NCBI GenBank assembly: GCA_965208125.1
Contig: OZ242320.1
Span: forward strand, 5,280,001-5,344,000
Direction of reading: 5' to 3'
DNA length: 64,000 bases
Source of the DNA: Candidatus Latescibacterota bacterium
GTDB lineage: Bacteria; Latescibacterota; UBA2968
Made by a program: the position numbers and the translations under genes. Below, in pieces: positions 9,541-18,412 of this stretch. How positions within the stretch are numbered: the stretch's first letter is position 1; every line of letters starts with the position of its first letter. Under the pieces are notes generated by a model, which saw nothing but the letters and a program-made list of their open reading frames with translations, did no database searches and was not told the origin of the DNA.

Positions 9541-11316
9541 TCAACTCGCCATAGCCTCTACAGCCTCTTCAATAGACCCAGCAGCCTGCTGCTCGTAAAG
9601 CTGGCGATACTTTCCATCGGGTATTTGCAACAATTCGCTGTGCGTCCCCTGTTCAATAATCTCGCCGTGATCCATCACAACAATAATATCCGCATTGACA
9701 ATCGTCGATAATCGGTGTGCAATGGCAAAGGACGTGCGCTCCTTTAACACCCTGGTCATCGCCTTCTGTATCAGAGCCTCCGATAGAGAATCGAGTGACG
9801 AAGTCGCTTCATCCAGAATTAAAACCGACGGATTGGTCAGCACGGCTCTCGCAATGGCAAGGCGCTGCTTTTCTCCCACAGACAGTTTAATCCCATCTTT
9901 CCCCAGCATCGAATCGTAACCCTCGGGCGTACGCATAATAAATTCGTGAATCTCGGCAATGCGCGCCGCCTCGATCAACTCGGCATCTGTGGCATCTGCG
10001 CGGCCATACAGCAAATTCTCCCGGATCGTACCATCAAACATCACCGAATCTTGCAACACCTGTCCGATCTGTGTACGCAAGGTGCGCAGCTTTACATCTT
10101 GCAAATCGTGACCATCAATTGTAATACGCCCTTCCTTCACATCGTAAAATCGCATCAACAAACTCGTCAATGTCGTCTTGCCGCATCCCGTATGCCCCAC
10201 CAGTGCCACCATCTGCCCCGGCTGCACCTCGAGGTTAATCCCCTTCAAAACAGGCTCATCCTCTTTGTACTCAAAATGCACATCTTCAAATTTAATATGC
10301 CCTTTTATCGGTGGCAATTCGACAGCATCTTCCTTGTCCTTAATCTCTATGGGAAAATCTAAAATTTCCAAGACGCGCTCCACAGACACCATCACGGATT
10401 GAAGACGCATAGCAATTTGCGTGAGATTGAGAATGGGCTGAAACATCCGGCTCGAATACGAAAAAAAGGCCATCACAGCCCCATAAGTCATCTCACCCTC
10501 AATCACGTAATAACAGCCCAAACAAAAAATCACCGTATTGCGCAATCCCGACACCCCCCAGGACCCCGCCATATAGCCAGCGCGATTCGTGGCAGTTTGC
10601 ATCGCCGCATCCAAACTCTGGTGCGTATCTTCTGCAAATGCGCGGTGTTCTCTGCGCTCTCGCCCATAAGATTTCACCAGTTGCACCCCGGCCAACCGCT
10701 CTTGTAGTCCAACCGACACCTGGTCCATTTTTCTGCGCCAGAGACTGTACGACTCCCGCATTGGCGTGCGCCACCCGTAATAATTAAAAAAATATAGGGG
10801 CATCAGCAAAAGCAGCAGACACCCCATCTTCCAATTCAAACCCATACACAGCGCAAGCGCCACCCAGAACGACACAAAATCAACGAGAATGCCCAGCATG
10901 CGCGACGTCACCATACTGCGCACATTCGCAATATCAGACATAATGCGCGACATAATCTTGCCCGTACCCATCTCGTCGTAAAAGCGCATGGGTAATTTCA
11001 ACATGTGCTCATACGTGAACCTCCGCATACTCGTCGTTATCCCCCACCCCACATACGCATTGGTGAATGAGATCCAAACGCGCATCGCAGCGGACGTGAT
11101 AGGCAGGCAAATCGAAATAAACAGAAGCACTTCCAGTAAATGCCAGTTGCCCAGGGTAATGACATCATCGATGATAAACTTCATCACCAGAGGGGGCAGC
11201 ATGCTCAATGTCGTCATCGTCGCTGTCAGGCACACCAGCAAGATCAGGCGCGATTTAAAAGGGGTGACAAAATGCACGAACTTGCGCAGCTTGTCGGTAT
11301 TGCTCTCCTCTGCCAT
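9541..11316 (-). CDS. Type IV ABC exporter half-transporter (TMD+NBD), partner subunit
   Basis: GHTGCGKT, LSVGEKQR, ILDEATS, AHRL. Confidence 0.93.
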   Translation of the reverse strand: MAEESNTDKLRKFVHFVTPFKSRLILLVCLTATMTTLSMLPPLVMKFIIDDVITLGNWHLLEVLLFISICLPITSAAMRVWISFTNAYVGWGITTSMRRFTYEHMLKLPMRFYDEMGTGKIMSRIMSDIANVRSMVTSRMLGILVDFVSFWVALALCMGLNWKMGCLLLLLMPLYFFNYYGWRTPMRESYSLWRRKMDQVSVGLQERLAGVQLVKSYGRERREHRAFAEDTHQSLDAAMQTATNRAGYMAGSWGVSGLRNTVIFCLGCYYVIEGEMTYGAVMAFFSYSSRMFQPILNLTQIAMRLQSVMVSVERVLEILDFPIEIKDKEDAVELPPIKGHIKFEDVHFEYKEDEPVLKGINLEVQPGQMVALVGHTGCGKTTLTSLLMRFYDVKEGRITIDGHDLQDVKLRTLRTQIGQVLQDSVMFDGTIRENLLYGRADATDAELIEAARIAEIHEFIMRTPEGYDSMLGKDGIKLSVGEKQRLAIARAVLTNPSVLILDEATSSLDSLSEALIQKAMTRVLKERTSFAIAHRLSTIVNADIIVVMDHGEIIEQGTHSELLQIPDGKYRQLYEQQAAGSIEEAVEAMAS

Positions 11317-11459
11317 ATCGATCTCATTTCAAAAATAAGTTGCAGATTTTTGGATCTCGACGCTTCTTTATTTATACATCTTTGGACAAACATAAATAAT
11401 ATTTAAGAACAGATATAAAAATATAAAGACACCTTTTAATTAAATCAAGCTCATCAGCC

Positions 11460-12743
11460 ATGAAAAATCTCACAACAATGACCATTGCGCAAATTCGCGC
11501 CCATATCAAATCTATCAATCGCCCTGACGAAGCATACCTCCGTGCCCTCGAACAGGATCCGCGCGCAGGTGTTCGCGCAATCGCAGAACAAGTGAGAAAA
11601 AAGCAAAAAGCACAGGCGCGTGAAAAAGCGCGCCTCGAACAAATGCTCACCATAGAAAAAAAACTCAGAGAACGGGGCATCCAGCACATCGCAGGCGTGG
11701 ATGAAGCCGGGCGAGGTCCTCTCGCGGGTCCCGTTGTCGCCGCTGCGGTTATCCTACCGCTCGATACACTCATCTCCGGCTTGAACGACTCTAAAGCACT
11801 ATCTGAAAAACGCAGAGCAGAACTTTTTGAAACCATCCACAATACAGCCCTCGCCATTGGCGTGGGCAAAGCATCTCCACAAGAAATAGACAAATACAAT
11901 ATCCGCAACGCCACCCATCAGGCCATGTGCGAGGCACTCACCGCCCTCAGCATTTCGCCTGACCGCGTGCTCATCGACGGCAATGCCATTCCCGGCAGTC
12001 CATTCCCCGAACAAGCGGTCATAGGCGGTGATCGGGCATCTCTTTCTATCGCCGCCGCGTCTGTTATCGCCAAAGTAACGCGCGATCGTCTAATGATCGA
12101 TTACCACGCGCAATACCCCGCTTACGGCTTTGCCAGTCACAAAGGATATGGCAGCGCCGATCACCTCGCCGCCTTGCAAAAACACGGCCCCTGTCCCATC
12201 CACCGCCAATCTTTCCAGGGCGTCTTTGATGCCAAGAGTTCTGAAGACTTTAAAATTTTTGCCGAAGGCATTCGCGCAGCGATGAACCTCAACCAACTTC
12301 AAGCCATGGGAAAAACCATTGCCAGTGCCAGCAAACATATCTCACAGGATGAGGTACAGGCCTTGCGCATGCTATTTCGCAAACAACGCACCCGCCTGCA
12401 ACAATCCGGTCCAAAAGGCGAACAATTGGCAGAAATATTTCTCAAACAAAAGGGATACGGCATTCGCGCGCGCGGATTTCGCGCCCTGGGCGGTGAAATC
12501 GACCTCATTGCAGAAAAAAATAACGTCCTGATCTTCGTAGAAGTCAAAACCGCGACCACGCCGCATTTTGGACAACCAGAGACTCGGGTAACACCAGCCA
12601 AACAAGCGCAAATCATCAAAATCGCAAAAGCCTACCTGACACAACACCCCGATCACGCGGCACCGCGATTTGACGTCATTGCCGTTGACCTGACACAACC
12701 GCGCCCTACCATCCGCCACTACGAAAACGCTTTTACAGCTTAG
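11460..12743 (+). CDS. rnhB: Ribonuclease HII fused to a C-terminal YraN (UPF0102) nuclease-like domain
   Basis: RNase HII motifs GVDEAGRGPLAGPV, DSK, DGN, SIAAASVIAKVTRD, HKGY, IHRQSF. These are followed by 'GEQLAEIFLKQKGY...GEIDLIA...FVEVK...RFDVIAV...HYENAF' (YraN). Confidence 0.93.
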   Translation: MKNLTTMTIAQIRAHIKSINRPDEAYLRALEQDPRAGVRAIAEQVRKKQKAQAREKARLEQMLTIEKKLRERGIQHIAGVDEAGRGPLAGPVVAAAVILPLDTLISGLNDSKALSEKRRAELFETIHNTALAIGVGKASPQEIDKYNIRNATHQAMCEALTALSISPDRVLIDGNAIPGSPFPEQAVIGGDRASLSIAAASVIAKVTRDRLMIDYHAQYPAYGFASHKGYGSADHLAALQKHGPCPIHRQSFQGVFDAKSSEDFKIFAEGIRAAMNLNQLQAMGKTIASASKHISQDEVQALRMLFRKQRTRLQQSGPKGEQLAEIFLKQKGYGIRARGFRALGGEIDLIAEKNNVLIFVEVKTATTPHFGQPETRVTPAKQAQIIKIAKAYLTQHPDHAAPRFDVIAVDLTQPRPTIRHYENAFTA

Positions 12744-12745
12744 GG

Positions 12746-12841
12746 AGCAGTCAGCTTTCAGCCCGCCCTTCCGCCACCCCAGTTGGGTGCATAGGTTGAC
12801 TGCTGGTTTTCCTGACCGCTGACAGCTAACCGCTGATTGCT
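12746..12841. repeat. Heptamer-repeat stem-loop element
   Basis: AGCAGTCAGC (12746) is near-complementary (one G-U) to GTTGACTGCT (12795) and GCTGATTGCT (12832); tandem ctgaccg ctgacag ctaaccg ctgattg at 12812-12839. Confidence 0.7.
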
Positions 12842-12850
12842 TCTTAAACC

Positions 12851-12879
12851 TTGACAATACCACCTCTTACCTTTAACTT
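12851..12879 (+). promoter_or_regulatory. Putative sigma-70 promoter of hisS-aspS
   Basis: TTGACA-N17-TAACTT. Confidence 0.6.
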
Positions 12880-12922
12880 TGATATTTTCTTATAAAAAAT
12901 AAACTATAACGGATATACACCC

Positions 12923-14215
12923 ATGCCACAGTTAATTCCCAAGGTAAAGGGCACCCGCGATTTTTATCCCGAAGATTGGGCCTACCAGAAGTGGCTCTGC
13001 GAGAAATTTATCGGCGTTGGCAATCTCTTTGGATATAGAGAATACGAAAGCACAATCCTCGAATACATGGCCCTATACCTGGGCAAAAGCAGCGAAGAAA
13101 TCGTCACACAGCAGACATTCACGCTATCTGATCGAGACGACAAACAACTCGTCATGCGCCCAGAACTCACACCCACACTCGCGCGCATGGTCGCCCAAAA
13201 AGAAGGCGAACTCACCTTCCCTATTCGCTGGCAATCCTACGGACGGTTCTTCCGCTACGAGCGTCCCCAACGCGGGCGCGGGCGTTCCTTTTTTCAATGG
13301 AACATCGACGCCCTCGGCAGCGATAGCTATCTGGCTGATGCCGAAATAATCACCATAGCCTGCACGCTATTCAAACACCTTGGTCTCAGTAGCGAACACG
13401 CCACCATCAAAGTCAACGACCGACAGGCCCTCGAAAATTTAATCGCCAAAGAACTGGCCTTATCACCCGAGGATATCAAACCCGTTTTTGGGGCCATTGA
13501 TCGCATAGACAAAATTCCCGAGGAAAAATTCCGCACCTATCTGGCCAATGATCTGAATCTCAGTGCAGGTCAAATCGACACCCTCTACGAAATCCTTCAA
13601 ACAGCAGACCTGACGTTTTCCCCCTGGCTCCAGCGCATTTTTGAGCAACTCGACCAAAATGGTATTATAGACCTCGTAGAACTCGACCTCAAAATCGTGC
13701 GAGGTTTTGACTATTATACGCGTACGGTATTTGAAGCCTGGGCAAAAACCACGCTACGCCGCGCCCTCTTTGGAGGTGGCCGTTACGACAACCTCACACG
13801 TCAAGTAGGCGGCAAGCGCCAGGTACCCGGCGTGGGATTTGCAGTCGGCGATATGGCCATCACCGAATTGCTCAAAGAAATAGACACTTATCCTCAACTC
13901 GAAACACCCGGTGCCCGCGTCTTTGTTACGGTATTCGCAGAAGACCTTCTCACCCAATCGTCTTCTTTTGCCGAAAAACTGCGCCAGGAAGGTATCGCAA
14001 CAGAACTGCATCTCATTCCGGGACAGCGTCTCGACAGACAATTCAAATATGCAGATCGCCAAAATATACCCTTTGCGGCGGTTATTGGACCAGACGAGGC
14101 GTCTGCAAATACCATCGTACTCAAAGACCTCAAAGCGCGCGCGCAACAAATTTTTTCACAAAACGACCTGTGCGCGATAAAAACAACGCTTAAAAACGGA
14201 ATTACCCAAGCGTAG
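12923..14215 (+). CDS. hisS: Histidine--tRNA ligase
   Basis: KGTRDF, RPELT, FRYERPQRGR, VRGFDYYT, GGRYD; C-terminal anticodon-binding domain. Confidence 0.97.
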   Translation: MPQLIPKVKGTRDFYPEDWAYQKWLCEKFIGVGNLFGYREYESTILEYMALYLGKSSEEIVTQQTFTLSDRDDKQLVMRPELTPTLARMVAQKEGELTFPIRWQSYGRFFRYERPQRGRGRSFFQWNIDALGSDSYLADAEIITIACTLFKHLGLSSEHATIKVNDRQALENLIAKELALSPEDIKPVFGAIDRIDKIPEEKFRTYLANDLNLSAGQIDTLYEILQTADLTFSPWLQRIFEQLDQNGIIDLVELDLKIVRGFDYYTRTVFEAWAKTTLRRALFGGGRYDNLTRQVGGKRQVPGVGFAVGDMAITELLKEIDTYPQLETPGARVFVTVFAEDLLTQSSSFAEKLRQEGIATELHLIPGQRLDRQFKYADRQNIPFAAVIGPDEASANTIVLKDLKARAQQIFSQNDLCAIKTTLKNGITQA

Positions 14216-14224
14216 GAGACAGCC

Positions 14225-16000
14225 ATGTCAGAGTCGCTCGGCGACTGGAAACGCACGCACAACTGCGGCGAATTGCGCATCGAAAATGTAGGCGAAGAAG
14301 TCTGTCTGATGGGGTGGGTTGGCAAAAGACGCGACCACGGAGGCGTCATATTTGTCGATTTGCGCGACCGCCACGGCATCACTCAGGTGGTCTTTCGTCC
14401 CGATCTCGAATCAGAGACACACACCATTGCTGAAAAAATCCGCAACGAATTTGTCCTGGCAATTAAAGGCAGAGTTGAACCCCGCCCAGAAGGCATGACA
14501 AACCCCAAATTGCCCACTGGCGCCATTGACATCGAATGTTCAGACCTGCGCCTGCTCAACGAAGCGGACACACCACCATTTGCCATAGAACCCGAAATTG
14601 ACGTCAATGAAGAACTGCGCCTGCGCTATCGCTATCTCGACCTGCGTCGCCCCGATATGCAACAAGCCGTGTTCCTGAGACATAACGCTGCACAGGAGAC
14701 GCGCAAATATTTAATCACTCAGGGTTTTCTCGAAATCGAAACTCCCTTCCTCATGAAAAGCACGCCCGAAGGCGCAAGAGATTATCTCGTTCCATCTCGC
14801 GTTCAAAGGGGCAACTTCTATGCCCTGCCGCAATCGCCTCAAACTTACAAACAGTTGCTCATGATCGCCGGTTATGATCGCTACTTTCAAATCGTGCGCT
14901 GCTTCCGCGATGAAGATCTGCGGGGTGACCGCCAGCCCGAGTTTACCCAAATAGACATAGAAATGGCATTTGTCACAGAAACCGATGTCATGCAGCTCGC
15001 AGAAGGGCTTACGCGTCACCTGTTTGAGCACGTCATAGGCTTTGATATCCCCTCTCCCATACCACAGATGACCTATCGCGAGGCGATTGATCGCTTTGGC
15101 ACCGATCGCCCGGATACGCGCTTCGGCCTTGAAATTGTCGATATTGCAAAAGCTGCTCTCGCTTCGGAATTTCGGGTCTTTAGATCCGTAATTGATTCCG
15201 GTGGGCAAGTCCGCGCCATTAATGCCAAAGGATGTGCAAACTACTCACGCAAACAAATTGATGACCTCACAGCCTTTGTAGCAAAACACGGTGCTAAGGG
15301 ACTCGCCTGGATCAAAGTGACCGACCAGGGCCTCGAATCATCAATCGTCAAGTTCTTCCCCGATCAAGCCCAACAAATGCTCAGAGAATCACTCGACGCG
15401 CAGATGGGAGACCTGCTTTTATTTGTCGCTGATCAACCCGCAGTCGTCGCAAACGCACTGGGCAATCTGCGCTTAGAACTCGCGCGACAACAAGACCTCC
15501 TGGAGGCTGGTGACTTTAGTTTTTTATGGGTGACGCAGTTCCCCCTCCTCGAATTTGATGACATTGAAAAACGCTACGTTGCCTGTCATCATCCTTTTAC
15601 TTCCCCCATGGAAGCGGACCTCAATGAGCTTGAAACAGCCCCAGGTGATGTTCGCGCCAGAGCTTATGATCTCGTTCTCAATGGCAACGAAATCGCTGGC
15701 GGAAGTATTCGTATCCACCATAGGGAAATCCAGGAGCGCGTATTTCGCATGTTGGGGATATCCGAAAGCGAGTCGCGGGAAAAATTCGGCTTCTTACTCG
15801 ACGCCTTTCGATACGGCGCGCCTCCTCATGGCGGCATCGCGTTTGGATACGACCGCCTCATCGCCCTCATGGCCGGCAAAGCGTTTATCCGCGATGTCAT
15901 TCCATTTCCGAAAACCAATACAGCAGCATCGCTCATGGATGGGGCACCATCTATAGTAGATCCCGTCCAACTCCGCGAACTCGGTTTGCGATTATTGTAA
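14225..16000 (+). CDS. aspS: Aspartate--tRNA ligase (GA motif suggests non-discriminating Asp/Asn type)
   Basis: RTHNCGELR, RDHGGVIFVDLRDR, STPEGARDY, FRDEDLR.DRQPEFTQID, GAPPHGGIAFG. Confidence 0.97.
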   Translation: MSESLGDWKRTHNCGELRIENVGEEVCLMGWVGKRRDHGGVIFVDLRDRHGITQVVFRPDLESETHTIAEKIRNEFVLAIKGRVEPRPEGMTNPKLPTGAIDIECSDLRLLNEADTPPFAIEPEIDVNEELRLRYRYLDLRRPDMQQAVFLRHNAAQETRKYLITQGFLEIETPFLMKSTPEGARDYLVPSRVQRGNFYALPQSPQTYKQLLMIAGYDRYFQIVRCFRDEDLRGDRQPEFTQIDIEMAFVTETDVMQLAEGLTRHLFEHVIGFDIPSPIPQMTYREAIDRFGTDRPDTRFGLEIVDIAKAALASEFRVFRSVIDSGGQVRAINAKGCANYSRKQIDDLTAFVAKHGAKGLAWIKVTDQGLESSIVKFFPDQAQQMLRESLDAQMGDLLLFVADQPAVVANALGNLRLELARQQDLLEAGDFSFLWVTQFPLLEFDDIEKRYVACHHPFTSPMEADLNELETAPGDVRARAYDLVLNGNEIAGGSIRIHHREIQERVFRMLGISESESREKFGFLLDAFRYGAPPHGGIAFGYDRLIALMAGKAFIRDVIPFPKTNTAASLMDGAPSIVDPVQLRELGLRLL

Positions 16001-16034
16001 TCGCAGAGGGTTATAACACATTCAAAACTTTTTC

Positions 16035-16063
16035 TTGACTTTCTGTATTTTATGTAGTACTTT
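16035..16063 (+). promoter_or_regulatory. Putative sigma-70 promoter
   Basis: TTGACT-N17-TACTTT upstream of the lipoprotein gene. Confidence 0.5.
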
Positions 16064-16157
16064 GTCTAAAAGCTGTATTATCAGGATTTTTGATTTTGTC
16101 CTAAACTCTTGATAATTTAGATACTTACGTTAATATTTCTGAGGAGGCAGTCGGGTT

Positions 16158-16403
16158 ATGAAAAGACTCAAAAAAGCGGCAGGTTGTGGTCTGTTACTCG
16201 TTCTGTTATCTGGATGTTGCACGCCAATGGCCTCAAGATCGCAACTCCAAATGCTTGAAGAAACGCGTAAAGCCGCAGAATCGGCTGAAGCCGACCTCGC
16301 AGCTTGCAAGCAACACCGGGCCGAGTTGGAACGCCAATTGGCACAGAAAAAACAGGTTCTGGCCGAGTGGCAAAATATCTTAAGTCAGTGCAACAGATCT
16401 TGA
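16158..16403 (+). CDS. Small coiled-coil lipoprotein
   Basis: GAGGAGG RBS; basic N-terminus, hydrophobic core and LSGC lipobox; mature part is about 60 aa of heptad-like helix. Confidence 0.8.
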   Translation: MKRLKKAAGCGLLLVLLSGCCTPMASRSQLQMLEETRKAAESAEADLAACKQHRAELERQLAQKKQVLAEWQNILSQCNRS

Positions 16404-16444
16404 GCCAGTAATTTTCTTTTGGTGTGTGGAAAGGAGTTGGTCGG

Positions 16445-17287
16445 ATGACAGGTTTGAAACTTTTCGGGTTCTTTCTCGTTTGTTGCGCAGTCACCCTTTT
16501 GGTTTTTCCTCAAAAGGGAATCGCCCAAATGGAAATGACCTATGATGAATACAGGATGAAACTTACAGAACAGGAGCAACGGCTTGCAGAACTCAAAAAG
16601 TCTTTGCTTGAATGCCAAACAGCATCTAATGACCTTTCGAGCCAGATTTCGAGCCTGGATACCCAGATCAGTGAAATCAAACAGCAAGTCTATAGTCTCG
16701 TTGAGTCCGACGAAGCAGGGGTCAACGAATATATGCAAGAACTCGGTCGCATTGAAGGCCGCCTCATGGGCTTGCGCAGCCTGGCAGAAGATGCCCTTTT
16801 TGAAGTTCGAGATGAAATTGATCAAATAGAAGCCCGCGTATCAGAGCTTAAAGCAGACAAAAGAGCCTGTTTTCCAGATGCACAGGCAAAACTGGCGAGT
16901 ATTGATCAATTACTTGAGCAAGTCAAAGCGCGGATGCCTCGCAAGCGCATTCGGCAATATTCGGTCGTCAGAGGTGATAATCTCTGGAAAATCGCCAAAA
17001 AAGACGATATTTACGGCGATCCTTATCTCTGGCCCCGTATCTATGTCGAAAACCGGGATAAAATTAAACATCCCGATATAATTTATCCCAAGTGGGTTCT
17101 CAATATTCCATTTGGTGTCGATATCAATCAACATCTCGTAATGAGTGGCGAAAATCTCTCGTCCATCGCTGGCAAGGTGTACAATGATGTCACCAAATGG
17201 AATCGGATCTACCAGGCTAACAAAACACAGATCTTTGACCCGAGCATGATTTTCCCTGCTCAAGTATTCGATATTCCGGCAAACTGA
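16445..17287 (+). CDS. Secreted coiled-coil protein with two C-terminal LysM domains
   Basis: AAGGAG RBS; signal peptide; long coiled coil; 'YSVVRGDNLWKIA...W..IY..N...I.HPD.IYP...L.IP' and 'HLV.SGENLSSIA...W..IYQAN...IFP.Q...IP'. Confidence 0.9.
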   Translation: MTGLKLFGFFLVCCAVTLLVFPQKGIAQMEMTYDEYRMKLTEQEQRLAELKKSLLECQTASNDLSSQISSLDTQISEIKQQVYSLVESDEAGVNEYMQELGRIEGRLMGLRSLAEDALFEVRDEIDQIEARVSELKADKRACFPDAQAKLASIDQLLEQVKARMPRKRIRQYSVVRGDNLWKIAKKDDIYGDPYLWPRIYVENRDKIKHPDIIYPKWVLNIPFGVDINQHLVMSGENLSSIAGKVYNDVTKWNRIYQANKTQIFDPSMIFPAQVFDIPAN

Positions 17288-17369
17288 CCTCAACCTTTTC
17301 GATCCCAGAATTTGGATCTTTCATAAATCCAATGGAAGGTTCATCTATCAACCTCTAACTCTAAAATAG

Positions 17370-17414
17370 AACTCTCATTCCCGTAGTCTGTTTGGGAATG
17401 AGAGTTTTCTTTTT
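17370..17414 (+). terminator. Rho-independent terminator
   Basis: aactctcattccc/gggaatgagagtt stem followed by a T-rich tail. Confidence 0.75.
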
Positions 17415-17428
17415 TAAATACTCAAATC

Positions 17429-18412
17429 GTGGAAAATAGAGAACTCTCCCATAGACTATCGTTGCGCGGTGTTGACCTCCTATCGTTATACGGTCACAAC
17501 GATGCGAATTTGCTCGCCCTTGAAGACCGCTATGGCGTGCGTTTAACCGCCCGAGGGGATCAGCTAAATGTCCAGGGACCACAACACAAAGTTCAACACG
17601 TCTCTGGTCTATTAGAAGAAATGATTTCGTGCCTTCGGCGCGGCGATCAGTTTGACCCTCTGCATCTGCTTGCGCCACCGCCAGAGAATTGCGAATCTGA
17701 AATTGGCGAATATGCAAAGCCCATTCTTTCAACGCCCAAAATCCTCATTCGCCCCCGCTCACGGACTCAGGTTGCTTACTCGGCAGCTATAGAAGACCAC
17801 GATATTGTTTTTGGCATTGGACCTGCGGGCACGGGCAAAACTTATCTGGCAGTCGCAGCGGCTGTTGCTGCACTGAAAAGCAAACACATCTCCAGAATTA
17901 TTCTGACGCGACCAGCCGTAGAAGCTGGAGAAACCCTGGGATTTCTTCCGGGAGATATACAGGATAAAGTCGATCCTTATTTGCGCCCACTCTACGACGC
18001 ACTGCGCGACATGTTACCCGATACACAATTGCAACACCTTATGGAGATGCACACACTTGAAATTGCACCGCTTGCATTTATGAGAGGACGCACCCTGAAT
18101 AACGCTTTTGTTATTCTCGACGAGGCTCAGAATACCACCGTCAACCAGATGAAGATGTTTCTCACCCGTCTGGGCAACAATGCCAAGGCCGTAATTACGG
18201 GTGATATAACACAAATAGACCTGCCACCGGGTATTAAGTCCGGACTTATACACGTCCAGCACATCCTATCTCATATAGAAGCCATCAAATTTGTCAGCTT
18301 TTCAGAAAAAGATGTCGTACGACACGCATTGGTCCAACAAATTATAACAGCTTATGAGCAAAGCGAACATTCCCCTGAACCAGATGTAGAAGAGGCTCTG
18401 CCAAAGCCATGA
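17429..18412 (+). CDS. phoH: PhoH-like ATPase (YbeZ family)
   Basis: GPAGTGKT, RPAVEAGE.LGFLPG, FMRGRTL, DEAQN, GDITQIDL. Confidence 0.95.
   Translation: MENRELSHRLSLRGVDLLSLYGHNDANLLALEDRYGVRLTARGDQLNVQGPQHKVQHVSGLLEEMISCLRRGDQFDPLHLLAPPPENCESEIGEYAKPILSTPKILIRPRSRTQVAYSAAIEDHDIVFGIGPAGTGKTYLAVAAAVAALKSKHISRIILTRPAVEAGETLGFLPGDIQDKVDPYLRPLYDALRDMLPDTQLQHLMEMHTLEIAPLAFMRGRTLNNAFVILDEAQNTTVNQMKMFLTRLGNNAKAVITGDITQIDLPPGIKSGLIHVQHILSHIEAIKFVSFSEKDVVRHALVQQIITAYEQSEHSPEPDVEEALPKP

Noticed and set aside
12744-12922. T-box riboswitch before hisS
   Set aside because: No T-box consensus is visible, and the putative promoter lies downstream of the structure, leaving a short leader.
16401-16445. TGA readthrough or selenocysteine joining the lipoprotein and LysM genes
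   Set aside because: The genes are in different frames, and the LysM gene has its own RBS and signal peptide.
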